A stretch of DNA of 64,000 nt from a virus. Its lineage: Duplodnaviria > Heunggongvirae > Uroviricota > Caudoviricetes. The notes beneath the pieces are model-generated. The model did not search any database and was not told where the DNA came from. It was given only the letters and a program-made list of their open reading frames with translations. Both the position numbers and the translations under genes were made by a program. The stretch lies in IMG/VR virus record IMGVR_UViG_3300013902_000267; one strand, written 5' to 3'. How positions within the stretch are numbered: position 1 is the stretch's first letter; each line of letters begins with the position of its first letter. Positions 12,807 through 22,413 of this stretch are shown here, piece by piece.

Positions 12807-13850
12807 TTACTTTACAGTAACAATAGCAACACGACCAAAATCATCATCCATACCATGACCTGTAGCATCAGTTACCTTAACACCACGAGACTCAAGATAC
12901 TTCTTAACTGCTGTTGCACGAGCATCAGACAATGCCTTATTATGCTTCTTAGCACTCTTAGGTTCCTGAGATGCATAAGCGTCTACAACTACAGTTGTTC
13001 CTTCAGGAATTGCATCAAGTACAGACTTACACTTTGCACTCAAATTTGAGCTATTAAACTTAAATGGTGCAACAAATACATTCTGTGCATAACCACTTGC
13101 ATTTGTAACAGGTTTCTCTACAATCTTCTCAATTACCTGTGGCTCACGAGACTCAAGTTCATTAATCTTTTTATTAAGAGCATCAATCTCTGCCTGATCA
13201 TAAAGCTTTGCCTTTGCAAATGAACGTGTTCCATTTGAATTCTTGAAACGATAAACAACACCTGCAGTAATCTCAAAACTACCATTCTTCTTTACAAGCT
13301 TGCCATTATCAATATCATTCCATACAACAGAAGGATTTACAACAATACCCCATGCACGCTCCTTACCAAGATTAAAATTAAACTCTGCACCAGCACGATA
13401 AGTCATCCAGTTATTATGATCTGCACCATAACCTGCAGTCTGATGACCCCAACCAAGACCTGTATAAACAACAGGTTCAAAGAACTTACGTGTTCCATCA
13501 AACTTAAATACATTAGCAAGATTTACCTTACCATAACCACTTACATTTACATAATCAAATGCAGTGTATGTATTATAACTACCATGACCTGTTCCAATAA
13601 GTGTACGACCTTCAATACCAAATCCCAACCATGGTGTTACATACTTATCTGCACCAACTACAATAATAGGTGCCATTGCTGTATGACCACTATAGAAATT
13701 GTCAAATGATGTAAGAACACCACCCTGAAGTGTTACTGAAACATTATCAGTAAACTTACTAGAACCTGCATAATCATTCTGTACCTGTGCATTAATTGTA
13801 CCAATTGCAAATGTAAACATTGCAATCAACATAAAAATAAACTTCTTCAT
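12807..13850 (-). CDS. ompA: OmpA-family outer membrane protein (Bacteroidetes type)
   Basis: Signal peptide, beta-barrel ending GVVYRF, coiled linker, OmpA_C-like domain (FKFNSS, DAYAS, NKALSDARATAVKKYL); no TAG. Confidence 0.85.
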   Translation of the reverse strand: MKKFIFMLIAMFTFAIGTINAQVQNDYAGSSKFTDNVSVTLQGGVLTSFDNFYSGHTAMAPIIVVGADKYVTPWLGFGIEGRTLIGTGHGSYNTYTAFDYVNVSGYGKVNLANVFKFDGTRKFFEPVVYTGLGWGHQTAGYGADHNNWMTYRAGAEFNFNLGKERAWGIVVNPSVVWNDIDNGKLVKKNGSFEITAGVVYRFKNSNGTRSFAKAKLYDQAEIDALNKKINELESREPQVIEKIVEKPVTNASGYAQNVFVAPFKFNSSNLSAKCKSVLDAIPEGTTVVVDAYASQEPKSAKKHNKALSDARATAVKKYLESRGVKVTDATGHGMDDDFGRVAIVTVK

Positions 13851-13856
13851 AGTTTT
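13831..13856 (-). repeat. 26-bp direct repeat copy covering the ompA start codon
   Basis: AAAACTATGAAGAAGTTTATTTTTAT at 13831-13856 and 13971-13996. Confidence 0.95.
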
Positions 13857-13935
13857 TCTTTTAATTTAAAATTTGTTATTAACTAAAAAATTATTTGTTT
13901 AAAATATTTGATTTATTAAAAATCATTATCATAAT

Positions 13936-13973
13936 AATATATAATAAACTTCTTAAAAAGTTTACATTTTATA
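13936..13973 (-). promoter_or_regulatory. Phage TAAACT-N17-TATATT promoter for ompA, containing a 27-bp repeat
   Basis: TAAACT 13959-13964, TATATT 13936-13941; 13947-13973 is identical to 15292-15318. Confidence 0.7.
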
Positions 13974-14125
13974 AAAATAAACTTCTTCATAGTTTTAGTT
14001 TTTATTTATACTAAAAACCTATATTTCTTGTTTCATAAATACATTATATATTAAATTTATATATAATTCATATCTCCACAAGCTTAAATTCGGTAAAACT
14101 CAACCCTATTTAATATTTTAAATAA
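13971..14125 (-). ncRNA. Putative TnpB omega-RNA (scaffold plus guide)
   Basis: Directly 3' of tnpB: GGGTTGAGTTTTACCGAATTTAAGCTTGTGGAG ... ATGAAACAAGAA, hairpin GTTTTTA/TAAAAAC, then the ompA-matching 26-mer; resembles IS200/IS605 right-end RNAs; boundaries uncertain. Confidence 0.6.
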
Positions 14126-15259
14126 TTATAAATTAATTTGTCTTAATCCTTCTGATAAAATATTCAAAGAAGCATTATAATCTCTATCTATTAAAGATTT
14201 ACAATGTGGACATATCCACTTGCGCTAACTTAGTTTTAAATCTTTATAAATATATCCACAATTATGACATGTCTTTGATGAAGGATAGAATCTATCTATT
14301 ATAACTAAATTTTTATTATACCTATTACACTTATATTCAAGTTGTCGTCTGAACTCAAATAAACTTAATTCCTATATGGACTTAGATAGTTTATGATTAG
14401 ACATCATTCCATTTACATTTAAATCTTCAATACAGATAACTTGGTTCTCATTAACTAGTTTTGAAGTTATTTGATGTAAATAATTTAATCTCTAATTCTT
14501 TATTTTCTCATGAACTTTTGCAATTTTAACTCTTACTTTATTTCTATTAATACTGTCTTTCTATTTCTTAAATAATTGCCTCTATAATTTCTTTAATTTA
14601 TTTTCTTGATTTTTATAAAAATGCTTATTCTCATATCTATTTCCATTTGAATCAACAATAAAATCTTTAATTCCTAAATCTAATCCTATTACATTATCTA
14701 ACTTTTCTTTTTCTTTAATATTATAATCAATACATATTGATAGATAATATTTGTTTGTAGAAGTTTTAGTAAGAGTAACAAAATGAATTTTATCTTGATT
14801 ATGATTTAAATATATTTCATCTTTTCTTGAACACTTAAATAATATATTTTTTAACTACTTTATTAAAGTTATTCTATTTCCTCTAATTTTTTTATTTTTA
14901 AACTTAAACATTGAATTAGTAAATCTGCAAGATTGTTTAGCATCTTTTTTAGATTTAAATTTAGGATAATATGTATATGATTTTAAAAAATTATCATATG
15001 CTTTAATTACATCTATCATTGATTGCTATAAACATGCATTATATACATCATTTAAAAAAGAATATTCATCTTGCTTCCTTAAAGAAACTAAATATTTACC
15101 TAACTATGATAAAGAAACAGATTGCTTATATTGTTTATATATTAATTTTTTATAATCTAATAATTTATTATATATAAATCTACAACAACCTAATTGTTTA
15201 GAAATAAATTCTTTCTAAGCAACATCAGGATATATTCTTATTTTAATAGATTTGATCAT
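14126..15259 (-). CDS. tnpB: TnpB RNA-guided endonuclease, 377 aa, TAG-recoded (absent from ORF track)
   Basis: MIKSIKIRIYP..GCCRFIYN, LQQS, RuvC IGLDLG / CIEDL / DRDYNA, Zn finger CHNCG..CPHC; at least 8 in-frame TAGs; no tnpA nearby. Confidence 0.92.
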
Positions 15260-15280
15260 ATACAATAAAATTATTTATAT

Positions 15281-15318
15281 AATATAAAATTAACTTCTTA
15301 AAAAGTTTACATTTTATA
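15281..15318 (-). promoter_or_regulatory. Phage TAAACT-N17-TATATT promoter for tnpB
   Basis: TAAACT 15304-15309, TATATT 15281-15286; shares 27 identical bp with the ompA promoter. Confidence 0.7.
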
Positions 15319-15328
15319 GAAATATTTT

Positions 15329-15997
15329 TCAAATTGGTTTTGGACAAAGTTTAACTAACTTACTTCTCAACGAATTTAATATAGGTTTAAACTTAGTTTT
15401 ATATTCATCCCAATTATTACCCATCATTTGAATCTTTATCCAATATGGATTTGCTTCACTATAATCATATATCTTTCCATATTCTGCAATTTGAATACCA
15501 AACATATATAATCTTATACAATGAAAAATAGATTTTTTTGCCCTATATAAATCATAATCTTTTTCTATAATTAATTTCTTATGACATTTTGCATATGAGT
15601 TATTAACAATAGAAGAAATAACTTTCCTTAATTTCCATTTATCAAGAATGAAATAATTCGCGTATAACGAGTTAAATTTTTCAAAACTATCATACATACT
15701 ACTTTTCATAAATAAGCTCTCTAACGCGATTATATGATGTTCATATAGCATCTTTTTAAATGTATTATTATTGATAATCTGAAAATCAAAATCAATAGCA
15801 TTTCCATCAAATACATGAAGTTCCGTTATACCATTATAATCATCTGTTAATTTAATATCATCATCTACAATAACAATAATATCCTTATCTGATTTTTCAT
15901 TATTAGTCCCATATACATAAGATCCATGCATAAAAGATAATATATAATGTTCACGTATATTTAATGGTAAACATTCCTTTATAAGTTTCCAATCCAT
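15329..15997 (-). CDS. Pol-beta-superfamily nucleotidyltransferase
   Basis: HGSYVYGTNNEKSDKDII (GS..DxD motif) plus helical C-terminal region. Confidence 0.75.
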   Translation of the reverse strand: MDWKLIKECLPLNIREHYILSFMHGSYVYGTNNEKSDKDIIVIVDDDIKLTDDYNGITELHVFDGNAIDFDFQIINNNTFKKMLYEHHIIALESLFMKSSMYDSFEKFNSLYANYFILDKWKLRKVISSIVNNSYAKCHKKLIIEKDYDLYRAKKSIFHCIRLYMFGIQIAEYGKIYDYSEANPYWIKIQMMGNNWDEYKTKFKPILNSLRSKLVKLCPKPI

Positions 15998-16000
15998 AAA

Positions 16001-16423
16001 TCATTCAACTAAATCATATTCTAACTTATGAAATATTATTCTCTTTTCCTTTAAAAGTTTATCCAATAATTCATTAAAATCAAATTTAACGGTAGTTAAT
16101 GAATCATATACTAAATTTGGTACTTTATATAATTTGAATAATTGCTCAAAATTCGCAATTATACCATTATAAAGTTTTTTCTCTGATGTATATGTATGTT
16201 TACCTTTATAATTAAGAATAAGTTTACCATCTAATGTAGCATACCACATATATTTCTTCTTATTATTCTTATTAATTAAAGGTTTTGTTATTTGATCAAA
16301 AAATGAATCATCTATATCTATCTCATCATTTAACTCTATTTTATTATCATGGTTAAAATCAATACGTTTCTCAATATTAATCTTTACTTTCATTTTATTA
16401 TCTTTGTATTTAAAAGAACACAT
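16001..16423 (-). CDS. Hypothetical protein
   Basis: 140-aa ORF; true start may be the internal MKVKINI. Confidence 0.65.
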   Translation of the reverse strand: MCSFKYKDNKMKVKINIEKRIDFNHDNKIELNDEIDIDDSFFDQITKPLINKNNKKKYMWYATLDGKLILNYKGKHTYTSEKKLYNGIIANFEQLFKLYKVPNLVYDSLTTVKFDFNELLDKLLKEKRIIFHKLEYDLVE

Positions 16424-16773
16424 GGTTTACCGATATAAAAAACACCAGGAATTTCCTTAAATTCTTTCATTAGTTTTTTAGTTTCACGTTTTAATTTATT
16501 CAAATATGTTTTATATGCTTTCTCTCTGTTATGGTCTATCCATGCATCATAATAATCTTGTCTAGAAAAATCTTCACGCTTTTTATCATACCATTCTATA
16601 TCAGTAAACTTATTAATGTATATTTCCATCGCTTCTTCTATAGAATTAGCTGATATATGATAAGTTTCAGTTATTACTTTAACATCATCTTCATAATCGT
16701 CTTCTTCTATAGATATGTCTGTATAACAAAATATCTTTAATGTATTATTTTGATTTTTAAACTTTACACTCAT
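16390..16773 (-). CDS. Hypothetical protein
   Basis: 127-aa ORF, co-oriented. Confidence 0.7.
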   Translation of the reverse strand: MSVKFKNQNNTLKIFCYTDISIEEDDYEDDVKVITETYHISANSIEEAMEIYINKFTDIEWYDKKREDFSRQDYYDAWIDHNREKAYKTYLNKLKRETKKLMKEFKEIPGVFYIGKPCVLLNTKIIK

Positions 16774-16884
16774 TTATAATATTAATTAGTTATACTCTTT
16801 ATATGTAATATAAAATAAAAAAGTCTTAACATATTATAATAATATAATACATTAAGACTAAAAACTTAAAAATAACATGAAAAA

Positions 16885-17409
16885 TTATTTCTTATTATTA
16901 CAATTAACAATAACCTTATTATATACATCTAATAATATATTATCATTATTAAATGCTATATCTATATCAGATGTAAAAATCATTGATAATGGAATAAACA
17001 TTATATCATCAACTTCATTAGGTTCAGAATGTTCACTTGTTAATTCATAATCATCTATTATTCCTGGAAGAATTGCATAATAAATTACGCTTACATTCTG
17101 TCGCTTTGTATCTGGAATTGAATTAATGGCATAAAAATTCATCAATACTCTTGGGATAGAAATACCTGTTTCTTCAAAGGTCTCTCTCATTCCACATTGA
17201 CATAAATCCTCATCATGATCCAAATAACCAGCTGGAACATTCCACCTTCCTACATTTGATGGACATCCTTTACCGCGTTTATTAATTAATGCACACCAAT
17301 TTTCATCTGAATCTTTACAGAATACACAAGTCGCAACAGTTATTGAACGAGAATACCAATATTTTTCACCGTTATATTCAAACTCAAAATTTCGTAATCT
17401 CTGTTTCAT
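16885..17409 (-). CDS. NUDIX hydrolase
   Basis: NUDIX box PAGYLDHDEDLCQCGMRETFEETGI. Confidence 0.88.
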   Translation of the reverse strand: MKQRLRNFEFEYNGEKYWYSRSITVATCVFCKDSDENWCALINKRGKGCPSNVGRWNVPAGYLDHDEDLCQCGMRETFEETGISIPRVLMNFYAINSIPDTKRQNVSVIYYAILPGIIDDYELTSEHSEPNEVDDIMFIPLSMIFTSDIDIAFNNDNILLDVYNKVIVNCNNKK

Positions 17410-17428
17410 TTATTAATATAATTTTATT

Positions 17429-17962
17429 TTAAAATGTTCCTGTAGAACCAGCCATTCCATCTGCCCTATCAGATTTCTCTATCTTATTATAATCATCTTC
17501 ACTCATTTCTTTCCAATCTGTATCAAGATAAATCTGATGGATAAACTGAACAAGTTTCTGACCTGTCTGAACTGTAATATCTGTATTTCCATTATTACAA
17601 AGATTAATATGAACTTCTCCCTGGTAATCTGCATCAATAGTATTTGCCATTACATCAAGATGATATTTAGAAGCGACACCAGATTTATTTGTTGCTTGAA
17701 GATATGTTCTTTTATCATTAATCCAAACTTTAATACCAGATGGAATCATTACTTGCTCACCTGCAGGAATAGTAATAAACAAATCATCATCCTTAATATT
17801 ATAGAAAATTTTGTTACCTTCATTCTTCTTAATCAAATCAACAAGAAACTCCTAATTATAGAAAGGTACGAAAAAATCAGTTCCTGCATCATGACTATTA
17901 GCTCTATTTGGCAACTTAACATTTCTAACTCTTGTAAACTATACTGTAGTATTATAACTCAT
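17429..17962 (-). CDS. dut: Trimeric dUTPase, 177 aa (TAG readthrough)
   Basis: Motif 1 HDAGTD lies upstream of a TAG; NKSG, TIDADYQGE, KLVQ, RADGMAGSTG. Confidence 0.9.
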
Positions 17963-17987
17963 TCTTTATATTAAAAATAATTTTTAT

Positions 17988-18016
17988 ATTATATGAATAT
18001 ATGTTAATAAAGTTTA
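17988..18016 (-). promoter_or_regulatory. TAAACT-N17-TATAAT promoter for the dut operon
   Basis: Exact 17-bp spacing; same class at 19652, 33172, 44455, 45118. Confidence 0.7.
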
Positions 18017-18029
18017 ACAAAATAATTAT

Positions 18030-18610
18030 TAATAATACTTAAAAAATATTTTCAAAAATAGTAGACTTTTTTCACAAAAGTAAGTAAAATAAATACTGGT
18101 ATTTTGAGAGGTTAAGATATTTAAGAAATTATATAAAGAAATTTAGTTTTTATAATTGAAATTTAAATTTTATTAAAATTATTTAGAATTTGTATAAATT
18201 AATAAAAATTATATATTGATTATCAATTAGTTATAAATTATTTTTAATAAAAATTAAACTTTTTTCTTAAAAATGTAGACTTTTTCTGAAAACTTGAGTA
18301 TAATAAATATATTAGTATTTAAGGTTGAGATAGATATTATATATAATATTGTAAAAAATTTAATTATTAATTTATTTTATATTATTGATGAAATTTCTTT
18401 TTGGTTCTTTTTCTTTGCCTACTTTCTTTTTGAACATAGTTTTTTAGAGAGATAAATATTGTAGGATCAATTTTTATTTTAATTAAATTTAGATTTGAAA
18501 TTTAATTTTCTTTTGGTTCTTTTCTTTTTGATTATTTTTTCTTTGGTTACTTTCTTTTTAAATTCTATATACATTTATTATATAGATAAATATTCAAATA
18601 TTCTTTTTTT
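18030..18610. other. Extremely AT-rich divergent intergenic region with tandem promoters and pyrimidine-rich repeats
   Basis: TAGACT-N17-TAAAAT 18062-18090, TAGACT-N17-TATAAT 18276-18304; CTTTTGGTTCTTTT-type repeats 18395-18560. Confidence 0.55.
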
Positions 18611-18616
18611 AATTTA

Positions 18617-19528
18617 ATGAAATTTAATTTTGATAAATCTATTAATGAAAAATTATCTTTTTTATATGAATCATTATTTGATGATGAAACTGATGATATT
18701 CTTAATAATGATGAAGAATCTCCGTTGAGTAATGTTTATAATGATGAAAAATAGTTTAATGATTTTTTAAATGATTGTAATAAATTAGATTTATTTTATA
18801 GATAGTGGAATTCTGAAAAATATATAGAAAGATTATAGGAAGAAAAGAAAATTAATCATAGTAATGTGATTTATCTTAAACAATTAAGTTTAGCTTTTAA
18901 AGATTAGAAATAGTTTGATAAATTTTGTAATATGTTCGATTGTTATCCAACATTAAAATTATATATAGGATATTTAGAATTAGATATGAATTTTGATAGA
19001 AATGGAATACCTAATATAAAATTTAATTTTAATAATTTTAATAATACATTTATTGATGTTGATACTATTTCTATATATGGCGGAATATTTGAAAATTTAG
19101 AAGGAATTAATGAAACAATATCATTGAAAAATATTCATTTTAATAATTCTTATGTTAAGTCAATAAATGGATTATTAGGAAGCGTTAGAATATTGGATTT
19201 TTTATATAATAAACCTATTGAATCCGTTACTGATTGGAGTAATTTATAGAATATGACAAAACTTTATAGGTTAACCGTTGATTATACAGAGTGGAAATTT
19301 ATTGGTATAGATCATCTTTTACATTTTAATAATATACCAGAAGAAATATTAGATATTAAAGAAGTTAATTTTATTAATCATGATGCATTTGGTAAATTAA
19401 GATATTATAAGAATTATATAAAAAATATGTTTATAGAGGAAAATCCTAATGTTAAAGGTAAACTTAAATCTAATATTATTAGACAACTTCAAGGTAATTA
19501 TGAACCTATATTACATGGGAGAAAATAA
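18617..19528 (+). CDS. 303-aa hypothetical protein, LYESLFDD family (TAG readthrough)
   Basis: ATG 18617 in frame with 18932..19249 and 19253..19528; LRR-like LEG repeats. Confidence 0.7.
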
Positions 19529-19701
19529 TATATTGAATATTTCTTCTGTATTGTGTTAAAATTAATTAAGGTTAATAACTATAAGGTAAAGAGATTTGAT
19601 TGCGATACGGAGAAGATATGGTATCAAATTTTGAGTTTTATTAAATTATGTTAAACTATTAAAAATATATTTTATATAATAAACAAATAAAAGTTTAATA
19701 T

Positions 19702-20811
19702 ATGAGAAAATATTTTGAAGTTCCTGATATTATAACTGATGATTTTATTATATAGAATTTTAAATTAAAGAATACAGAAAATGATATTAATCCTAGTAGG
19801 GCAAGTAAGATATTTTTAAATTAGTATCCAACTATTAAAGAATATATAGAAAATAGATATGTGGATTCAGAATCCACATATGAAACTTTTTATAGAATAT
19901 TTCATCATATTGAACATAGACCTAAATGTAAGGCATGTGGTAAAGTTTTAGAATTTCATCATAACCATAAATTTAGAGAATATTGTTCATAGAAATGTGT
20001 ATAGAATTTTGAAGATGTTATATAGAAGAAATCAAAAACAAGAAAAAGAAAAGTAACAGAATATAAATATTTGGGAAAAGATTTTTATCAAGAAGTTAGG
20101 AAGAAAATAGAAGATACCTGTTTAAAAAGATATGGTACAAAATATCCTACGTAGTGTGATGAAATAAAAGAAAAAGTTAAGCAAACTAATATAAAAAGAT
20201 TAGGTGTTCCATATACAGCTTAGAATAAAAAGTGTTTAGAAAAGATGAAGCAAACCTGTATAGAGAGATATGGAGTAGACCATAATTTTAAAATTCCAGG
20301 TATGAAGGAACATATTAAGGAAACTTGGATTGAAAAATACGGTTGCGAAAATCCTATGTAGAATAAAGATATATTATAGAAAAATTTTGATTCAAAGAAA
20401 AAACATAATTCATACAGATAGTCAAAATCAGAAGAATCATTACATGAATATCTTTGTAATAAATATGGAGCAAATGATATATTAAGATAGTATAAATCTG
20501 ATTTATATCCATATCATTGTGACTTTTATATTAAAAGTTTGGATTTGTATATTGAATTGCAAGGTTATTGGTCACATGGTTATCATCCATTTAATCCTAA
20601 TGATAAAAATGATATTGAACGTTTAAATGAATTAATGTTAAGAAAAGATAAAACAGGTTATTCACATGCTATTGATGTATGGACTGTTAGAGATGTCAAT
20701 AAGAGAAATACGGCAAAAGAAAATAATTTAAATTATTTGGAACTATTTGCAGTTAAAAAAGAAGATTTAATTAATAAATTTGAAGAATACATAAAAAATA
20801 AAAAAATTTAA
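19702..20811 (+). CDS. 369-aa homing-endonuclease-like protein (TAG readthrough)
   Basis: Zn ribbon CKACG..YCSQKC, three-plus KQTCIERYGV-type repeats, C-terminal CDFYIKSLDLYIELQGYWSHG PD-(D/E)xK/Vsr-like domain. Confidence 0.75.
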
Positions 20812-20814
20812 TAT

Positions 20815-21374
20815 ATGAATGAAAGCTATAAAAATCAACATAAACCATCAAGAAATTCAAGGTTTAAACAAGGTTATTTTCATCCAAAACATCCAGAAAA
20901 ATGGGTGACTAAAACCAACGAATATAGAAGTTCGTGGGAATTTTTTTTTTTTTTATGGATTGGTGTGACAGAAATCCTTAGGTTTTGAGAGTTGGTTCAG
21001 AACCATGTGCTATATAGTATAGAGATCCTGTTGCTAATTTGGAATATTGTCATCAACATCATTTGGATCCAAATAATCCTTAGAACTGGAAGATTAGAAA
21101 ATATTATGTTGATATGTGGGTTGAGTTTAAAAAGAAAGATGGTGAAGTTATAAAAGTGTTTATTGAGATTAAACCTTATGCACAAACAATTAAACCTGAA
21201 CCATTGAAACCTGGAGCGAAGTTAAAAGAAGTTAATCGTTATAATAGAGAAATGAAAACATTTTTGACTAACCAAGCAAAATGGAGAGCAGCAAAATATG
21301 AGTTTAAAAAACGCGGAGTTTAGTTTCAGGTGTGGACAGAACGCGAATTAAGTGATAAATTAAAATTGTTTTAA
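20815..21374 (+). CDS. T4 gp4-like head-completion nuclease, frameshifted at a 14-T run
   Basis: QGYFHPKHPEKW..YRSSWE, then T14 (20941-20954), then MDWCDRNPQVLRVGSE..YYVDMW..IEIKPYAQT..VWTEREL in another frame. Confidence 0.75.
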
Positions 21375-21381
21375 TTTAATT

Positions 21382-22308
21382 ATGAATAAGAATATTAGAC
21401 GATTAATAGAATCTCTATTTGATGATGATATATTAGATGATATTAGTAAACCAGATAATTCTGATATGATTTTTGATAAAATAAGTTCAACTGATATTGT
21501 AAAGCCTTTATTGGATAAGATAGTAGATAGATCCGAGAATAATGATTTAGCAATATTTTTCAACGCATATAAAACATTACCATAGTTATCCGAAATATCA
21601 AAAAGTTATAAGAATGGAATAAACATAGGTTATGTTAGAATTTCATTATATAAAGGAAATGTAAAATATTTTAAAGAATTATTTGATATATTATTGGATT
21701 ATGATATTCATTTTAGTATAAACGTATTAGAATTTTCATTAGAAAATAAAACTGATAAGGTATATTCAATTAAAGATTTATTTGATTTTGAAAAATATAA
21801 AAGTATTTTAAAAATAAAAGATTTTGTAGTTAGTTATGGGAGATTAAAAGATTTTAAAGGATTTCCGTCTTATATAGAAAACGAAATTTATTTAAATTGG
21901 ATTAAAGAAGTAAATTCATTAGAAGGATTTCCAATAACAAAAAATAACTTATCTTTATATTTTAATAATAGTGTATTACCGGATGATTGGACCGGATGCC
22001 CACATAAATTACAAGAATTAAATTTTCAACCGGAATTACCATCTATGTTATTTAATGTAGAGGATGAAGTTAATTCTATTGTTAATAGTATGGGTAATTT
22101 AAAAAATATACCATATGATTTAACATTTGAAAGAGATAATATGAGTAGAGGATGTAATCTATATATAGGATGCATGCTTGTAGATCCTTCATGGAAGACA
22201 GAGGTTAAAAAAGAAATAAGAAAATATATAGGAAATTGTTTAAAAACACAATATAAAAATATAACTAATTTAAAAAAGAAATTATGTTATAGTATTAAAA
22301 TGACTTAA
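21382..22308 (+). CDS. 308-aa hypothetical protein, IESLFDDD family (TAG readthrough)
   Basis: 21382..21585 and 21694..22308 in frame; LKDFKGFP / NSLEGFP repeats. Confidence 0.7.
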
Positions 22309-22413
22309 TCTATATAAAAATCACAAAATTATATTAATTTATAGTTTTGTGATTTTTTATTTTATAATAATATGTGTATCTTTGAATTATAAATTAAAAA
22401 AATGTAATTTATT

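Noticed and set aside
14126-15259. TnpB as a nuclease-dead TldR repressor
   Set aside because: All three RuvC acidic residues (GLDLG, IEDL, DRD) are present; repression would have to come from partial pairing, not active-site loss
13947-15318. 27-bp flanking repeats as a target-site duplication
   Set aside because: IS200/IS605 elements do not make TSDs, and the repeat coincides with a promoter class found throughout the window
18390-18560. CRISPR array in the repeated T-rich units
   Set aside because: Repeats are degenerate, few and irregularly spaced, with no unique spacers
19576-19590. TAACTATAAGGT resembling an I-CeuI / 23S rRNA site
   Set aside because: Only a short partial match in AT-rich DNA, with no rRNA context
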